Shown here: piece after piece, positions 12,483-26,358 of the stretch
Numbering within the stretch: position 1 is the first letter of the stretch
Layout: each line of letters opens with the position of its first letter
Assembly (NCBI GenBank): GCA_043228905.1
Contig: JBHGNT010000014.1
Location: forward strand, 1,302,001 to 1,366,000
DNA length: 64,000 nt
Source of the DNA: Azolla caroliniana
Taxonomy: Eukaryota > Plantae > Polypodiophyta
Direction of reading: 5' to 3'
Program-made: the position numbers and the translations under genes
Notes under the pieces: generated by a model
The model's database searches: none
The model's input: only the letters and a program-made list of their open reading frames with translations
What the model was told of the DNA's origin: nothing

Positions 12483-14844
12483 ATGGTGAACTCAGCTGCT
12501 GCTGCAGGATTTGACCCAAAGACCTTCATCTTCACCTCCACAAGAGGAGGGAAGCTGAGCATCCCACCGGACCTCACCATACCTTCCTTCCTCTTCCAAA
12601 TCACCTCTGCGCGGGCCTACCATCACCGAATCGCCATAGCCGATCCTTCCTCCCAACTCTCCCTCACCTTCTCCCAGCTCCGCTCCTGCATCCTCTCGGC
12701 GGCCCGGGCCCTCTCCTCCCTCGGCATCTCCCACGGCGATGTCGTCCTCCTCTTCTCCCCCAACTCAATCCACTTCCCTGTCCTCTTCTTCGCCATTCTC
12801 TGGCTCGGAGCCGTGGCCACGACCGTGAACCCCGTGTACACCCCGGGCGAGATCGCGAGGCAGGCCCACGACTCGCGCGCCAAGCTCATCCTCGTGCACC
12901 CCGACCTCCTCCCCAAGCTCTCCGGCTTGAGCCTCCCGATCCTCGTCATCGACTCCGGAAAGAACCCAGCCGTGAACCATCATCTTCATCATCATCATCG
13001 CTTGTTGTCCGACGCCGAGCGCCTCTCGGCCGCCCATGTCCCCCCGCCCGTCCACATCCGGCAGACCGACACCGCCGCCCTCCTCTACTCCTCGGGCACC
13101 ACGGGCCTCTCCAAAGCCGTCGTCCTCTCCCACCTCAACCTCATCGCCAGCGCCATCCAGACCAACTCGGATGCCGTCCTCTTGGGCGAGAAGGACCTCT
13201 CCTTCTTCGTCCCCCTCCCATTCTTCCATGTCTATGGCCTCTCCGTCGTCCTCTTCGCCCAATTGCAGCGCGGCAACACGATCGTGACCATGCCGAGGTT
13301 CGATTTCGTGGACATGCTGAAGGCCATCCAGGATTACCATGTCACCAGCCTCCCCCTCGTCCCGCCCATCATGCTCGCGCTCGCCAAGCATGATTTGGCC
13401 CTCAAATATGACCTCAGCTCGGTCATCGAGATCACATCAGGTGCCGCCCCTCTCGGTAAAGAGACGGTCAAGGAAGTATCTAAACGATTCAAAATCCCCG
13501 ATGTCCGCCAGGTAAGAATCCGGTTTCATGAACTCTTCTAAGTTTTCTTATATACACAAAATTCATGCATATACAAATTTTGTCGCTGCCATCTACGTTA
13601 GATCATGCGTGTGAAGTTATGATGTTTCTCTCATTTCTCTTGAGTATGGCATGAAAACTTAGGGTTATGGAATGACTGAAACTGCGGGACTCATATCCAT
13701 CTTCCCTCTTAGGACGGAGGCAAAGAACTTCGCCACGGTCGGGCCGTTAGTAGCGGGAATGGAAGCCGTGGTGGTCGATCCCAGCTCAGGCAAGCGACTG
13801 CCTCCCAACAAGCAAGGGGAATTATGGGTTAGAGGACCCAATGTAATGCAAGGTCTTTTATTCTAACACTAAACCAACAAAAAACAAAACTTCTATAACC
13901 AAAATCAAATATGTACATTGGGGATCTGTTAGGTTGCTAAAAAAGAAGAAGCAAGAAAGATAATCTTGACAATTAATTTTAAGTGACTTTGGAATTGGGT
14001 ACATCTAGGTTATCTAAACAATCCCAAAGCAACTGCTTCGATTCTGGAGAAAGACGGTTGGCTCCACACTGGTGATCTTGTGTACATTGATGATGATGGA
14101 TATATCTACATCATGGATCGGTTGAAGGAGCTCATCAAGTACAAAGGCTTCCAGGTATTGAATCCCATTCAAAATCTCGGGGTTGAGGAAACATTGGGGA
14201 GGTGGGGGTGGGGTTCCTTCGCCTACATGTTCAAAATATGTTGGAATCGAGTAGACATTTTGTATGTTGTTCGGATGGACACCGAGAGAGAACCAATTTC
14301 GCAATTCAAAAAAATATATTATTCCGATGGTTGAGAATCAAATTAAAATGTTTTTTTTTTTACTCTCTGCTATGTCCAAGGTTGCACCGGCTGAGCTCGA
14401 GGCATTGCTCTTGACCCATCCCGAGATTGAAGATGTTGCAGTGGTGCCGTAAGTCCGAATGGAATATGTGAGCCATTTTGTAATGTGTATATATTAGTGT
14501 ATACTTATATACGGTATCTTTTTGTTAATAGGCTGCCCGATGAAGATGCCGGGGAAGTGCCGTTTGCATATGTTGTCCGAGCAAAGGGGAGCTCCTTGCA
14601 AGAGAGAAATGTCATTGAATTTGTGGCTCCTCAGGTCTTATATCGAGTTGCAATCATTGTGTTCTATGTAATCTCCTTGGAAGATGATTGAATTCATGGG
14701 CTTCCATTTTTTTCTATGTGGGACTTTTAGGTTGCTCCATACAAGAAGGTGCGGAAGGTAAGCTTTATTGATGCAATCCCAAAATCAAGTTCGGGAAAGA
14801 TCCTACGCAAAGAACTTCTGCGGAATCCCTCATCAAGGCTTTGA
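12483..14844 (+). CDS. 4-coumarate:CoA ligase-like peroxisomal acyl-CoA synthetase, about 549 aa; exons 12483-13511, 13663-13852, 14009-14154, 14381-14448, 14532-14634, 14731-14844
   Basis: AMP-binding motif [12 protein letters not shown] plus [38 protein letters not shown] and [16 protein letters not shown] introns keep the frame (1650 nt total). C-terminal SRL is a PTS1. Confidence 0.95.
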
Positions 14845-15869
14845 ATCATGTCCCCTCCTAGATATATTTCTTGTACATGCCCTTGCAATTATAAATTCTA
14901 TGCGGCCTCATTGAGAAGACTTTGTGGATTTATATAATTCTTTTATGTTTTAATTTAGGAGATGTCCTTAGAACAAATCAACCAAGTTTTCTTCACAATT
15001 TCAAACGACGCATGTGCTCCAGAAGCACGAGAGTTGCGCCACTTTTTTCTAAGGACAGATGATTCTTTGAACATTAAACATTAAGCAACTCGCACCATAG
15101 GTTAGTCCTGAGTAATTATCTGGTGAAACCTTGAATGTTAAACATCATTGAACAACTGGCATGATGGTGGTTTACTTTTGAGTATTATCTATTGAATCTC
15201 TTAACAGCGAACATTGAGCAAATCACATGATTGTTACTGTAGGGCAATTCTATAGTTAGACTTTGAGCATTAAACATTTGATAACTTGTAATCCAATGGA
15301 TCATCGACCATTGTGTACGATGATGTTGTGTGCGAAAATACAATGTGAAAGCATTGCATTTACACTTGACAATTTGGATGTTATAGATTGCATTGTAACG
15401 ATTCATTGCATAGAAATGTGCAAACACGATGCCATAGATTAGCTTGTGTTGTTATGTTATGGTTATCGTTGCATGTTCCCAAAAAGAATGGTTTTTACAC
15501 CTTTGAGATTGTTGCGAGAATAAATATGGTATTGTTGGCCTTTACTTCAAAAAAATGCTTTGATATTGTCATACATCAAACACGAGGGTTTTATTGGTTA
15601 AGGAAAACTGTAAGGAAAAGCAAAGTTAAAGATGTAGGACCACATGTATGCATAAGGAGTATCGAGTTTGTGGTTTTTGTATTCAATTAGCTCAAGGGTG
15701 TGAAAATCGTTGAACACGAGATAACATTGCCTTTTGAGGAACTCCTAAAAGTATGTATGTTGACATCATTGACATTGTCACATTTCCAATTATCCGTATT
15801 TGCAACTCCAAAAAGAATGCATTGCAACTTTGTCAACAAAGAGTGAAAATGAATTTAGTATATATTGTT

Positions 15870-15999
15870 GCCAAACCATATCAATATGTAGTAAGTGGTT
15901 GCTTAGTCACAAATTATCTTGCACAAATCCACCAGCCAAACCATATCAATATGTAGTTAGTGGTTCCTTAGTCACAAATTAACTTGTAGAAATCCACCC
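15870..15999 (+). repeat. Two-copy tandem repeat of about 65 bp
   Basis: GCCAAACCATATCAATATGTAG...AAATCCACC occurs twice. Confidence 0.8.
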
Positions 16000-16049
16000 A
16001 ATGTATGTTTGTCTTAGAAAAGCGGTTTTTTGTATGAATATTTTTTGCT

Positions 16050-18648
16050 GAAGCTGCAACTAAGTTAAACATGATTTTTCTTGATGAACTTAACATAAAA
16101 ATCGTTCTCAACATATTGTCCCCACAATGTCATCAAGGTAAATGGAGCCAATAAGAACATGACGCTTTCTTACTAACAACTTGGGAAGGTTTCTTAAATG
16201 TTTTCAAGAAACAATTCTTGCAGCCACCTTCTCAAATTGAACAAGCGCAAGACTTGCTCACATTGTCGAGCAAGCCATTTACTGCTCACGACGATTATGT
16301 ACATCATGCTTGGACCTAGATCCAAAAATCAAGACTTACAGATGAGAAATGGTTTATTGGTTGTCTTTTGAGTGGTATTCCCAATGGGGATTACTATTGG
16401 ATTGTCCATGAAAAGGACCTCACAACTTTCAAGGACGTTGTCAACATTGTAGTTCGGTACCATAGGACTTCCATGAAAGACCACAATAAACCTGTGCGTC
16501 AGAACTCTGAATATCAACTTCATTGGGAAACGTAAGCAATCAAGTACACTCTTGACCATGACTCAAAGAAACCAAACCTCTTCTATGCGCATTGCAAGAA
16601 GTAAGGTCACACAAAGGATACATGTCGTCGTCTTGAGAGGAAGTCAATGGACACACCTCCTCAAGACAAATCTACGAGTGTTTTGATGTTATTGAAGTTC
16701 ATACCAACCATTTAGTTCAAGTGAATTCACTTTTCCTTCACATTTACTTGGACCTAATGGTTTACTTCGAGCACTCGGGTATACCAATGGAACATAAACA
16801 CATTGCTTGTTTGATTCCAGTAGTTCTCACAATTTTCTTAATGATCACTTGGTGCAACAAATGCCACTCCACCTAAAAGCAAGTTCGCATGGAAAATGGC
16901 ATTGTTTGTTTGTTGCCAATTCAAATAGACACATCTGGAGAAGCTTGACTTTCAGGTTGTCATGAAAATCCGCCAATATGTGCGGATCATGAGGCGGAAC
17001 CATCGGGGTTTTGGACCGGAAGGCATTAGGGCTTATACACACGGCATGAATGTTCAAATGCTTTGTGAAAAGGAGAGGTGCATGAGCATGTCCAAATCAA
17101 CCCCAAGTCACAAGATGAACAAACACACAAGAGAAAGGCTTACATAGAAGCCACGAAAGTTCGAACTTCTTTGTGAAAAGGAGAGGTGCATGGGCAAGCC
17201 GAATAAACCCCTAGTCACAAGACGAACAAACGCACGAGAGGAAGGCTTACACACAAAGCATGAATGTTTGAAATCCTTTGTGAAAAGGAGTGGTGCATGG
17301 GCAAACCCAAATCAACCCCTAATCACAAGAAGAACGAACACATGAGAGGAAGGTTAACACACAAATATAAAGAAAACAACACTTAATCACAAAGAAAGAT
17401 TGTCTTTTATAAAATAAGGTTCAAGTTACAATGGATTTTGTTATAAGGAAGATAGTTTATGAAGGAAGGTGACATTGTTGCCTTTTCTCGATGTTAATAT
17501 CCCTCTTCTAATTCTTCCACCCCTCAAACGGCAGAGCTTTCACGTCTTCTTCTCCTCCCCCCCTTTGTGCTAAGAATACACTCTTATTTATAGGTTTTTG
17601 TTTGTGTTGTTCTTGCACTTTTTTTTCTAAAAAATAGCTTGAGTCTATGTGAGGCGTTTTTCTTTTTATCACAATTTCTCCTTTGTAATCTCAAATTTAG
17701 CAAACAAAATATTTTGGACACCTCTCCTTGTCAGCTTTCTTATGAATCTATTCTTTTTAATTTTGGATATCGAATTAAGAAGTTATGATTTTTTTTCTTT
17801 ACCCAGATCTTTATATCTATGCCTTGCTTTTTTTCCCTACTTTTTCTACTTTTGAAAAACACTAACTTTATATCCCTTCAAGTTCCTACCTTCTTTGAAT
17901 CTTCCATATCGCGGTTTATTCTTTAACGTCTTTGCATTCAATGTATTTTCAGACGAACAAAATTGACTTCACAATAATGGTTTAATTGAACTACTATTTT
18001 ATTCCCCTTTTAGGGTGATTTCACACATTGTTGAAAACATCGCGACAATGTTATGAAACTACAATCCGTAGATGTCATTTTAGGATACCCTTGGTTTTTT
18101 AATAAAAAACCTCATTTGTCCATTGCTTGGGTTAATCACACAATCACATTTGAACTTAATAATTGTAAGCATTTTATTCAATGTTTCAAACTTCCTTCTC
18201 GTTCACTTGTGTCTTAAACATATTTAAGTGAGTATACTAGTTCATCAAGTTATTTGTGTGTAATTGATCTCGCGCTTCAATTTATTATTTAATATTGATG
18301 CCACACCCTCACCATATTATGACCGACAATTACTTGATTCTATTTTTGATGATTTTCAAGACGTGCTTCCGAATTAATTGCCGCTTTACCACGAAAACGT
18401 AATGTGAGATTGAACTCATTCCTAGTGTTGCTCCTATGAGCATTTCACCTTATCAACTTAGTCGATTAGAAGAGGATGAGAATGCTAAACAACTTAAGGA
18501 ATACTTGAGTATGGGCCACATTAGGTATACTAAACCACCTTGGGGTACACCAATTCTTTTAGTTAAGAAGAATGAAGCTTCATGGAGAATATGTATTAAC
18601 TGTCATTGTTTAAATAAAGTGACAATTAAAAATGCATATCCCTTACCT
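16050..18648 (+). mobile_element. Old degenerate Ty3/gypsy fragment (gag knuckle, protease, RT start), interrupted by a solo LTR
   Basis: Decayed HCKK*GHTKDTC knuckle near 16590, LFDSSSSHNF protease near 16810, and RT start [11 protein letters not shown]...[13 protein letters not shown] at 18436-18648. Left boundary is approximate. Confidence 0.65.
16958..18047 (-). mobile_element. Solo LTR of the TGTCGTGAAG (Trp-primed gypsy) clade, with an internal tandem repeat of about 118 bp x3
   Basis: Both ends match the reverse complement of solo LTR 38939-40053. Flanks are AGGT/ATGT. Tandem units lie at about 17035-17365. Confidence 0.8.
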
Positions 18649-21600
18649 TACCTTGTCCCTGAGCTCTCAAGACCTTTGATCTCAGTCAGACAATTGGACA
18701 AAGATGGCATCCATGCCGGCTTCGTGGACACTCCACAAGGGGAACCTCCTACTTGCTCGAGGACTGAAAGCACATGTATTCGTTGTACTCGTTATACGTC
18801 ACACTTAGAGAGGGTGACTTGTTCTTGGTTGACATTCCCATATCATCACTATGGCATGGACGACTTGGACACCTCAACAAGGCCGGCATCATGTATTTAT
18901 CTAGAGCCAAATACATCCCTAAACTCTCCTTCTCTGATCATCAATTTTGCGAGCATTGTCAATACGGCAAACAGATAGCTACATCACATCCGACATCAGC
19001 ACCCAGAGAATCAAGTTCCCTCGATTTGGTCCACTCGGACGTCTCTAGTCTTATGCCACATCAATCTCTCGGCGGTGCCTTGTACTTCGTCAGCTTTATT
19101 GACGACTCGACCCGGAAGGTGTGGACTTACCCAATTAAAACTAAAGATCGAGTGTTCTCGATTTTCTCCGATTGGCTTGCTATGGTCGAAAATCACTCCC
19201 GCCGAAAACTCAAATGTCTTCGGACCGATAATGGAGGAGAGTTCAAATTTGAAGAATTTGTCAAATTTTGCCGACAACGCAACATTCGATGTGAATATAC
19301 GACACCCTATAGTCTGGAGCAAAATGGAATTACTGAGCAGATGAATCAAACAATTCAAGAAAGGATAGTTTCAATGCTCCAAGTTCTAACACTTTGAATT
19401 GTTGGATGGCTTCTAGGCGGAGGCCCTACTTACGGTAGTACACATAGTCAATATGTCACCGAGTAGGCCTCTAGGACTTCAAATACCTCAGGAATTATGG
19501 ACCGGTAGTAAGTTGAATTACGACAAATAGAGGATTTTTGGGTGCGAAGCGTATGCCCTCATCCTGAAGGAGGATTGCCAAAAACTCAAACCACGGTTCA
19601 AGAAATGTGTTTTCCTTGGTTATGGACCCGATGGCGAAATCGGATACCGACTCTAGGACCTTGAGCACAGACAAATCGTTCGAAGTTCGGACGTAGTGTT
19701 TAATGAGTCAGTTATGCATAAGAAGATTGAAAGATCTATTGAAGTCGGAAGGGTAACCTTTTCCAAAATGCCGACCCTTCATGAAGGCCCAACCCATAAC
19801 ACGAGATTGGCTTCACAGGTAGCCGAATCCTCCAACCCCGACTCGGCAACGCTCGACTCGGAATAGCCGAATGGTTCGGTTCTGGACACCTGGTGTGACT
19901 AGTCTAGTTTTACCTCGAAGATTCGAGAGACTGTCACAGCCCCTGGAGAGATACTCTCCTGGAATCTTCTTTACGGATGTTGGAGAATCGACGTCATACA
20001 AAGAAGCATCGGCATCTGCCGATTCGCCCACATGGCATCTGGCAATGGAGTCCGAGATGAACTTCATTCGAGCAAACCAAACTTGGGACTCAGTCGAGCT
20101 CCCGAAGAATCGACATGCTCTTCCGTGCAAGTGGGTTTATCGTGTCAAAGAGACGTCTGATTCGGCTACCCCAAAATTGAAGGCCAGACTCGTAGTTGAG
20201 GGTTTTCGACAGGAATATGGCGTCGATTTCGACGAAATCTTTTCATCAGTGGTGAAAATGACAACCTTTAGATTCATGCTCGGCGTCGTGGCAGCCGAGG
20301 ACTTGGAATTGATTCAGCTAGATGTCAAAACGGCATTCCTCCATGGTGATCTAGAGGAGGAAATTTATATACAGCAGCCGAAAGGCTTCGTGGCACCTGG
20401 CCAGGAACATTTAGTCTATCGACTCAGGAAGAGTCTATACGGCTTGAAACAGGCACCGAGACAATGGTATAAGAAGTTCGACGATTTCATCCAGTCGGTC
20501 AGCTTCTCGAAGAGCGATGAGGACCACTGTCTCTTTATGAAAACAACTCGAGATGGGTCACTCATCATCTACGTGGACGACATGCTAATCTCCGGTCGAC
20601 AAGCCAGAGAGATTGTTGAACTAGTTCAACAATTGCGGTTGAAGTTTTCCATGAAGGACCTCGATCATGCAAGACACATTCTTGACATTAAGATTAGTCG
20701 GAATCGAAATCAAAGACAGTTGTTCTTGTCTCAGTCCGACTACATTGGACGTGTCTTAGAATGCTTCAACATGCAATTGGCAAAATCTGCTTCAACCTCG
20801 CTCCCCATTAGCACCCGATTGTCTCAACGAGACTACCCTACATTCGGTTCAGAGAGGGGAATTATGAAGTCGGTACCGTATGCACTGGTAATCGGCTCCC
20901 TGATGTATGCGATAGTCACGACACAGCCTGACATTGCTCATGCAGTAGGAGTTGTCAACAGATTCATGCACAACCTTGGCCGATCGCACTGGAACGTATT
21001 AAAGCATGTGTTCAAATATCTAGTAGGCACAAAAGGCTATGGCATTCTTTTCGGCTTGAACAAAAGTTCAGGTGTAGTCGGTTACACCGACTTAGATTTT
21101 GCTAGCTGTGTGGATAGCCAAAAATCGACAACCGGATACTGCTTCAAATTCGGCAATGGAGCAATGTCGTGGAAGTAGAAACTTCAAGAGTGCACTGCCA
21201 CATCAATAACTGAGGCCGAATACGTAGCCGCGAAAGAGGCTCTATGGTTCGGTCAGTTAGCGCACACGTTTCGATAGGTCGAATCCGACTCGGCTCCAAT
21301 TGTCTATAGTGACAGTTAGGGCATGGTTGCTCTTTCAAAAACTCTGATCCAACACAACGCCTCGAAGCATATCAACGTTCGATATCACTTTGTTCGGGAC
21401 TGCATCATTTCAGGGAAAATTGGCCTCAAGATGATATCTAGAATCGATAATATCGCAGATGGAATGACCAAGTGTCTTTCGACGGATCGATTTTGATCTC
21501 TACGACACCAGATGGGCGTAACGAATAATCGGTCCGATTGAGTTGAACATTCGTAATGGTTTCAAACAATCATCCTCGACAGTTCGATGTTCGGCCTCAG

Positions 21601-23001
21601 TTCCTCCAACTTTGGATGATTCGGCCTTCTGTTTTTCGGAGTTTACTGACTTGAAATAAACTCCAATTTGTTCGAAAACTTTGTATCAATTTGTATTATA
21701 CATTTATTTCTATTTATAGATTTTTGATGTATACGCCCATTATGGGAGAGTGTTGAATGCGGGTCTCTAATGGACGTATTCACATTGTCTCCCTTTGTAC
21801 ACACTAGGTTTTGTTGGGAATTCGGTCCCTCCGGATGGGATCCAAATGAGAATCGAAGGAGTCGGATCGGACGAACCAGATGAAGGAACTAGATCTGGAA
21901 AGGTTCCGGATGAGACCCGGAAACTGGATTGAGTGAATCTAGATGGATCTGGTGCAAACCGGATCCAAGGACATATGTGTAAATATGTTTCATGGTGAGC
22001 CCATCGAGGCTATATTTATAAATATCCCTAAAGTCATATAAGTATAAATATGACTTAGGGCAATCACTTTATGTGGGAGAAGTGGTTGTATCATTGTTGT
22101 ACACAGAGTGTGAGAAAGAGAGAGATATATATATACAAAACTAGTTTTCTATTTGTAACCGCCATTGGTGAAGACATAGAGCTCAAGGTCATTGCCTTTA
22201 AGTCTCACTTTATATTCCTCCTCTCATAGTGATAGTTGGAGTTCGTGGGCTCCCCTGGTTTTTCCCGTTTAGGGTTTTCCACGTAAACATCATGTGTCAT
22301 CTCGGTTTTAGTTTGTTCTCTTCCATTCCTTGTTGAAGACTCAGTTGTGTCTAAGTGTTATTTCCGCAAAATCTGGTATCAGAGCAAACAAAGCAAATTG
22401 AAGAATCATTCAACGGCATGTTCAAGCTCATCGGCTCCAACTACCCAGTCTAGAAGTCGAAGATGAGGGATATGCTCGTGGTCAAAGATCTCTGGTTGCC
22501 GGTATAGTTCGGGGACAAAAACCGGATAAGATCGATGCCGTGACATGGGAGGTGATGCACATGAAGATGACAACATACATCCGATGCTTCATCGACATGA
22601 GCCTATATGTTGTCTGCCTGGACGGACTAGCCTCAACACAGGTGTCTATCTGACACTTCTCCAAAGGGGTGGTAAGGATTGGATGCTAGGTTACACGCGT
22701 AAGATGATTACAATTAAGCACATACGGTAAAACAATACAAAGATACAGATAAACACGCAATAATTCTATTTGTATTACTTCCGTCCAAAACCTTTACAAA
22801 TCATCGGATCCTTTTATAGGCATCCGACAAGGTTACAATCGGTGCGCTTAGGCAATCGGCATCCGAATCGGTTCGGATCTGGATCGGTACAACTGTACCA
22901 GATCCGTCACTCCAAATAATTATTATACTATTATTTACTTCCTATTATCCGATCCGACTCTACCTTCCCACTTGTCCTTGCTCTTCTGACCGGTCAACAC
23001 A

Positions 23002-23017
23002 TGGCACGCCCGTGGGA
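23002..23017 (-). other. tRNA-Arg 3'-end copy (second PBS) at the PPT position of G1
   Basis: The - strand reads TCCCACGGGCGTGCCA-TG-[TGTTGACC LTR], with no adjacent purine tract. Confidence 0.85.
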
Positions 23018-23262
23018 AAGTGCCTTGCACTTCGAATCCACTCCCGGCCTCATTCTTCCTCCAAAATATCGAGCACACTCTGCTCGATGGGGTCAAGTGG
23101 TGCTTCTTCCTCCAATTCCTGTTCCTTGCTTGCCTGGTCTCCGACCTCCGGTTGGGTTGGCTGTTCTGTAAAAATTTGCTGCTCCGGCTCTGCTTGATTC
23201 TGTGGTACCGGTTCTTCTTCACCGCTCCGTCCGGGTTCTTCCTGTTCTCCCTACGTTCCAGG

Positions 23263-25971
23263 CTATGTTTTGTTACCAGTGTCGCTTTCTCCGGTCTCGA
23301 CTGGTCGGCTCGGTGCGCCTTCTTCCTCTGCTCTGGTGTCTTCCGGTCTCAGCTCTTCTTCTTCTTCGGCATCGGTCTGCTCCTGCTCTTCTTGATTTCC
23401 TTCGAACGGAAGTTCTTCTTCAGGTATTCCTTGTCGGGGTTGTTCGGTGTCGGTTAGTTCAACTTCAGCCGGTCGCTCTCCCTCACTTATAGTGATTGGC
23501 GTCGTTCTTCCCTTGGCTTCCTGTCGTAACCGGTCCTGCTCGTATTTCTCCAACTCCAACTGAGTTGCGAGCTGCCCGTCATCCAACCTCTCTACCAACC
23601 CTCAGATTTCTTTCAGATGTTCTTCTGCTAAAGCGTAGAAATCCTCCGACAATTCTTCCCGAATGGCGACGATACTTTCTTCATCCATCTTGTAGAACTT
23701 GTCACCGGTCTTCCTCCGATTCTCGGCATCAGCTCGGAGTGTCTGCAGGTCGGCTGCCTGTTGTGACCACTCCTTCCATAGCTTTTCCGTACTTTCATTG
23801 ATGCTTGCCTGAGCTCGGGTACTCCAACCTGACATGATGAGCTTGATCCGGTCAACCCCCGCCTTAGCATGCGCATAAGCTTCTTGCTTTTCCTTCCTTG
23901 CCCGTTTTATAATGTCGGCCATTATCTGAGCCTGGGCCTCGTAATCCGCTTTCTGCTTTTCATAGGTACTTTGCAGTTTGTTGATCGTGAAGGTCGATCT
24001 TTCCTTTTCTTCATTCCTGATCTTGGTCAGATCCAGCTTTTCCCGCCTTAGCGCCTCTAATTCCTTCCTTCTCTCCGCCGCTTGGGTTATTTCCGCCGAC
24101 AATGCTTCCTTTTTGGCACTAACCTCATCCATTGTGTTAGCCAGGTCTAATCGGGTCTCTTTGAGCTGTTCTTTCAACTTCTCTATTTGCCGGTCGTAGT
24201 CTGCTGCCCGTTTCTTGTTGTCCGACTCGACCTGCTTGTGATCTCGGTAGAGATGGTCGAAGTCCTCCGTCTTCTGCTTTAGGCGTCGGTTTACCTGAGC
24301 TCTTAACCGGTCGTCCTGGTCCTTCTGTTGTCGGAGTTCTTCCTGCAGTCGTTCTATCTCCTGCTCGGCATGTCGACGCAGTCGGTCCTTCTCCTTTTGC
24401 AGCTTCTCTTTTTCTTCTTGCAGTCGGTCATTAGTGGCTCGGCCTTGTCGGAGGCCTTCTTCCATTTTCCGTCTATCGTCCTCCACCGCTTTCCGCTGCT
24501 CCCTTTCTTTTTCCCTTAATGCCTCCTGAGCTTTTAACTCCTCTCGTAAGGTTTCTATTATTTTTTCGGTCTCAGGGCCGGTTTGCAAGGCTACCGGTTC
24601 CGGTTCTGGTTCTGGTTGCTTCCTTGTTGTCCCGACCGGCTCAGTGACAACTTGTGCTTGTTGAATTCCTTCCCTTGCCTGCAACAGCTCCCCTTGCAAT
24701 TCCTCGATCTGTGTTCAGAGCGCGACCAACTCCTGGGTTGTTGTATGCGTCAGATGTTGCCTACACGTTTCTTCTTCCTCTAACTGGTCCGCTACTCCCG
24801 ATAACTGCTCCGAAAGCCATCTCAGCCATTGTGGCTTTGTGCTTCTTGTGTCGGGGTAGCCTTGCTCACTTCTACTCCTTAACTCAGGCTGTTTTTCCGG
24901 CCTTTTCTTTGGCTCCGGCGCTTGTTCATTCCTCTTCTCTAGGATGACCGGTTCTCTGAAGTCCGGCAAAACTGGTGTCGGTGCTGCTTTCCTCGGTACG
25001 GGTTCCGGTACTGCTTTCGCCCCGGTTACTGGAGGTGGTCCTTGCGCCCTCTACTGAGTTTTGTCGACTGGTGGAGCCGGTCCTCTCGCCCGTCTCTCCC
25101 GACCTTGTCTTGCTGGGGGTCTTACCAGTGGTTCGGATGAGTCTTCTGTTTCAGCTTCCTCCTCCGGTGCGGCTACCAGACGGACCTTTTGTATAAAGAC
25201 CTCTGGTTCCGGTTCCGGCTGTCGCAACGTTATATTGATTGGTTTGAGCGCTACCGGTTCCTCCTCGGCCGATTTTCCTTTGCCTTTTCCTACCGGTTTT
25301 GCCTTTGTTCTCGGTTCCTGTTGCTGTCGGGATGGTCCTTCCTCCCGCTGTTCTGCTTCTTCCTGGGTCCATCTTGGGGTGTGTTTCTCCAGGATATGTC
25401 GGCGCTTTGTGACCTTTTTCGGCGTCGTCTCCTGCCGACCTCTTTTCTTTTGTTTGATGGGGAGCACCGGTGGGACTAACACCGTTAGCCATTGTGCTAT
25501 CCCGGCCCATGGCTTTTTTCCTTCCACAAGGTTCTTGATGGCCTCCTTCAATCCTTCGGTTATGAAATGGATCCAGTCCACTTGTAATCCTTCGTACGTT
25601 GCAATTAAGAACGCTGCCCGGTACCTGGCTATGGCTGGGGGACGAGAATTCATGAATCCGTATTCCATCAGGGCGCGGGCCACTTCTCCGAACAACAGGT
25701 TCTCTCCGCCCTGTGTTCGGTACGCCTTGCTGCTGATGGAATACTCACCGAAATATTCGAACAGGATTTCACTTGAAGGGTTTTCGATCGTTTGAAGTCC
25801 TCCTGCTTTTATCCCCGTGAGCGCTTGCACCGCTCCTTCCGTGATTTCTGATAAATCAATCGATGCTGCCGCCTGCTCTGGTTTTGCGTGTGGTGGAGCG
25901 TCGGCGATCCGCAGCAATCCTTCTAACCCGTTCTCCATCATCCATTGGCGTGCCTCCTCCGACAGTGCCAT
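23263..25971 (-). pseudogene. Accessory ORF downstream of pol in G1 (about 900 codons; globular N-terminus plus long coiled coil)
   Basis: ORF pieces 25051-25971, 24715-24969, 23602-24699 and 23263-23598 share one frame. Homologous to 52183-54957. Confidence 0.8.
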
Positions 25972-26358
25972 TGGTTCGAATTCCTCTTCTACTGTCTGTT
26001 GTTCGGGATTGGGATGTGTGTGCGCTGTGCGTCGGATGGCTCTTCTGTGCTTCTGCGCCTATGTGTAGGAAAATTCATAAAAAGTAAGTCCTTCGCAGGC
26101 CTGTGTCTTATATAGTGGCTTTTGCTTCGAGCCGTCCTTTTTCGTTTCCCGCACATGTCCATCTCCCGCCATAATTAGTATGTCCTTTCTTGCTTGCCGC
26201 GTGTGAGTCGGTGCCCACGTTCCATGCTTTAAATAGCAAGTACACGCACGTCCTCCTTTACTGCATAGCGCCTCTTCATTGCATGGTGGCGCTCCCACCT
26301 CTTGTGATCTCCCCATCATTACCATGATTTTTTTTTTTTCCTGTTTGTTTGGACCACG

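Noticed and set aside
12492-13391. Antisense ORFs overlapping the 4CL-like exon 1
   Set aside because: Expected shadow ORFs of GC-rich coding sequence.
14900-15860. Possible degraded gene or DNA transposon downstream of the host gene
   Set aside because: No recognisable motif, termini or TSD found by eye.
17035-17365. Three regularly spaced repeats that could suggest a CRISPR-like array
   Set aside because: The units are whole tandem copies of about 118 bp with no unique spacers, lie inside a solo LTR, and are in a eukaryotic context.
23602-24699. Captured host myosin/SMC-like gene
   Set aside because: The resemblance is generic coiled-coil composition. The segment is in frame with the element's accessory ORF and has a counterpart in G2.
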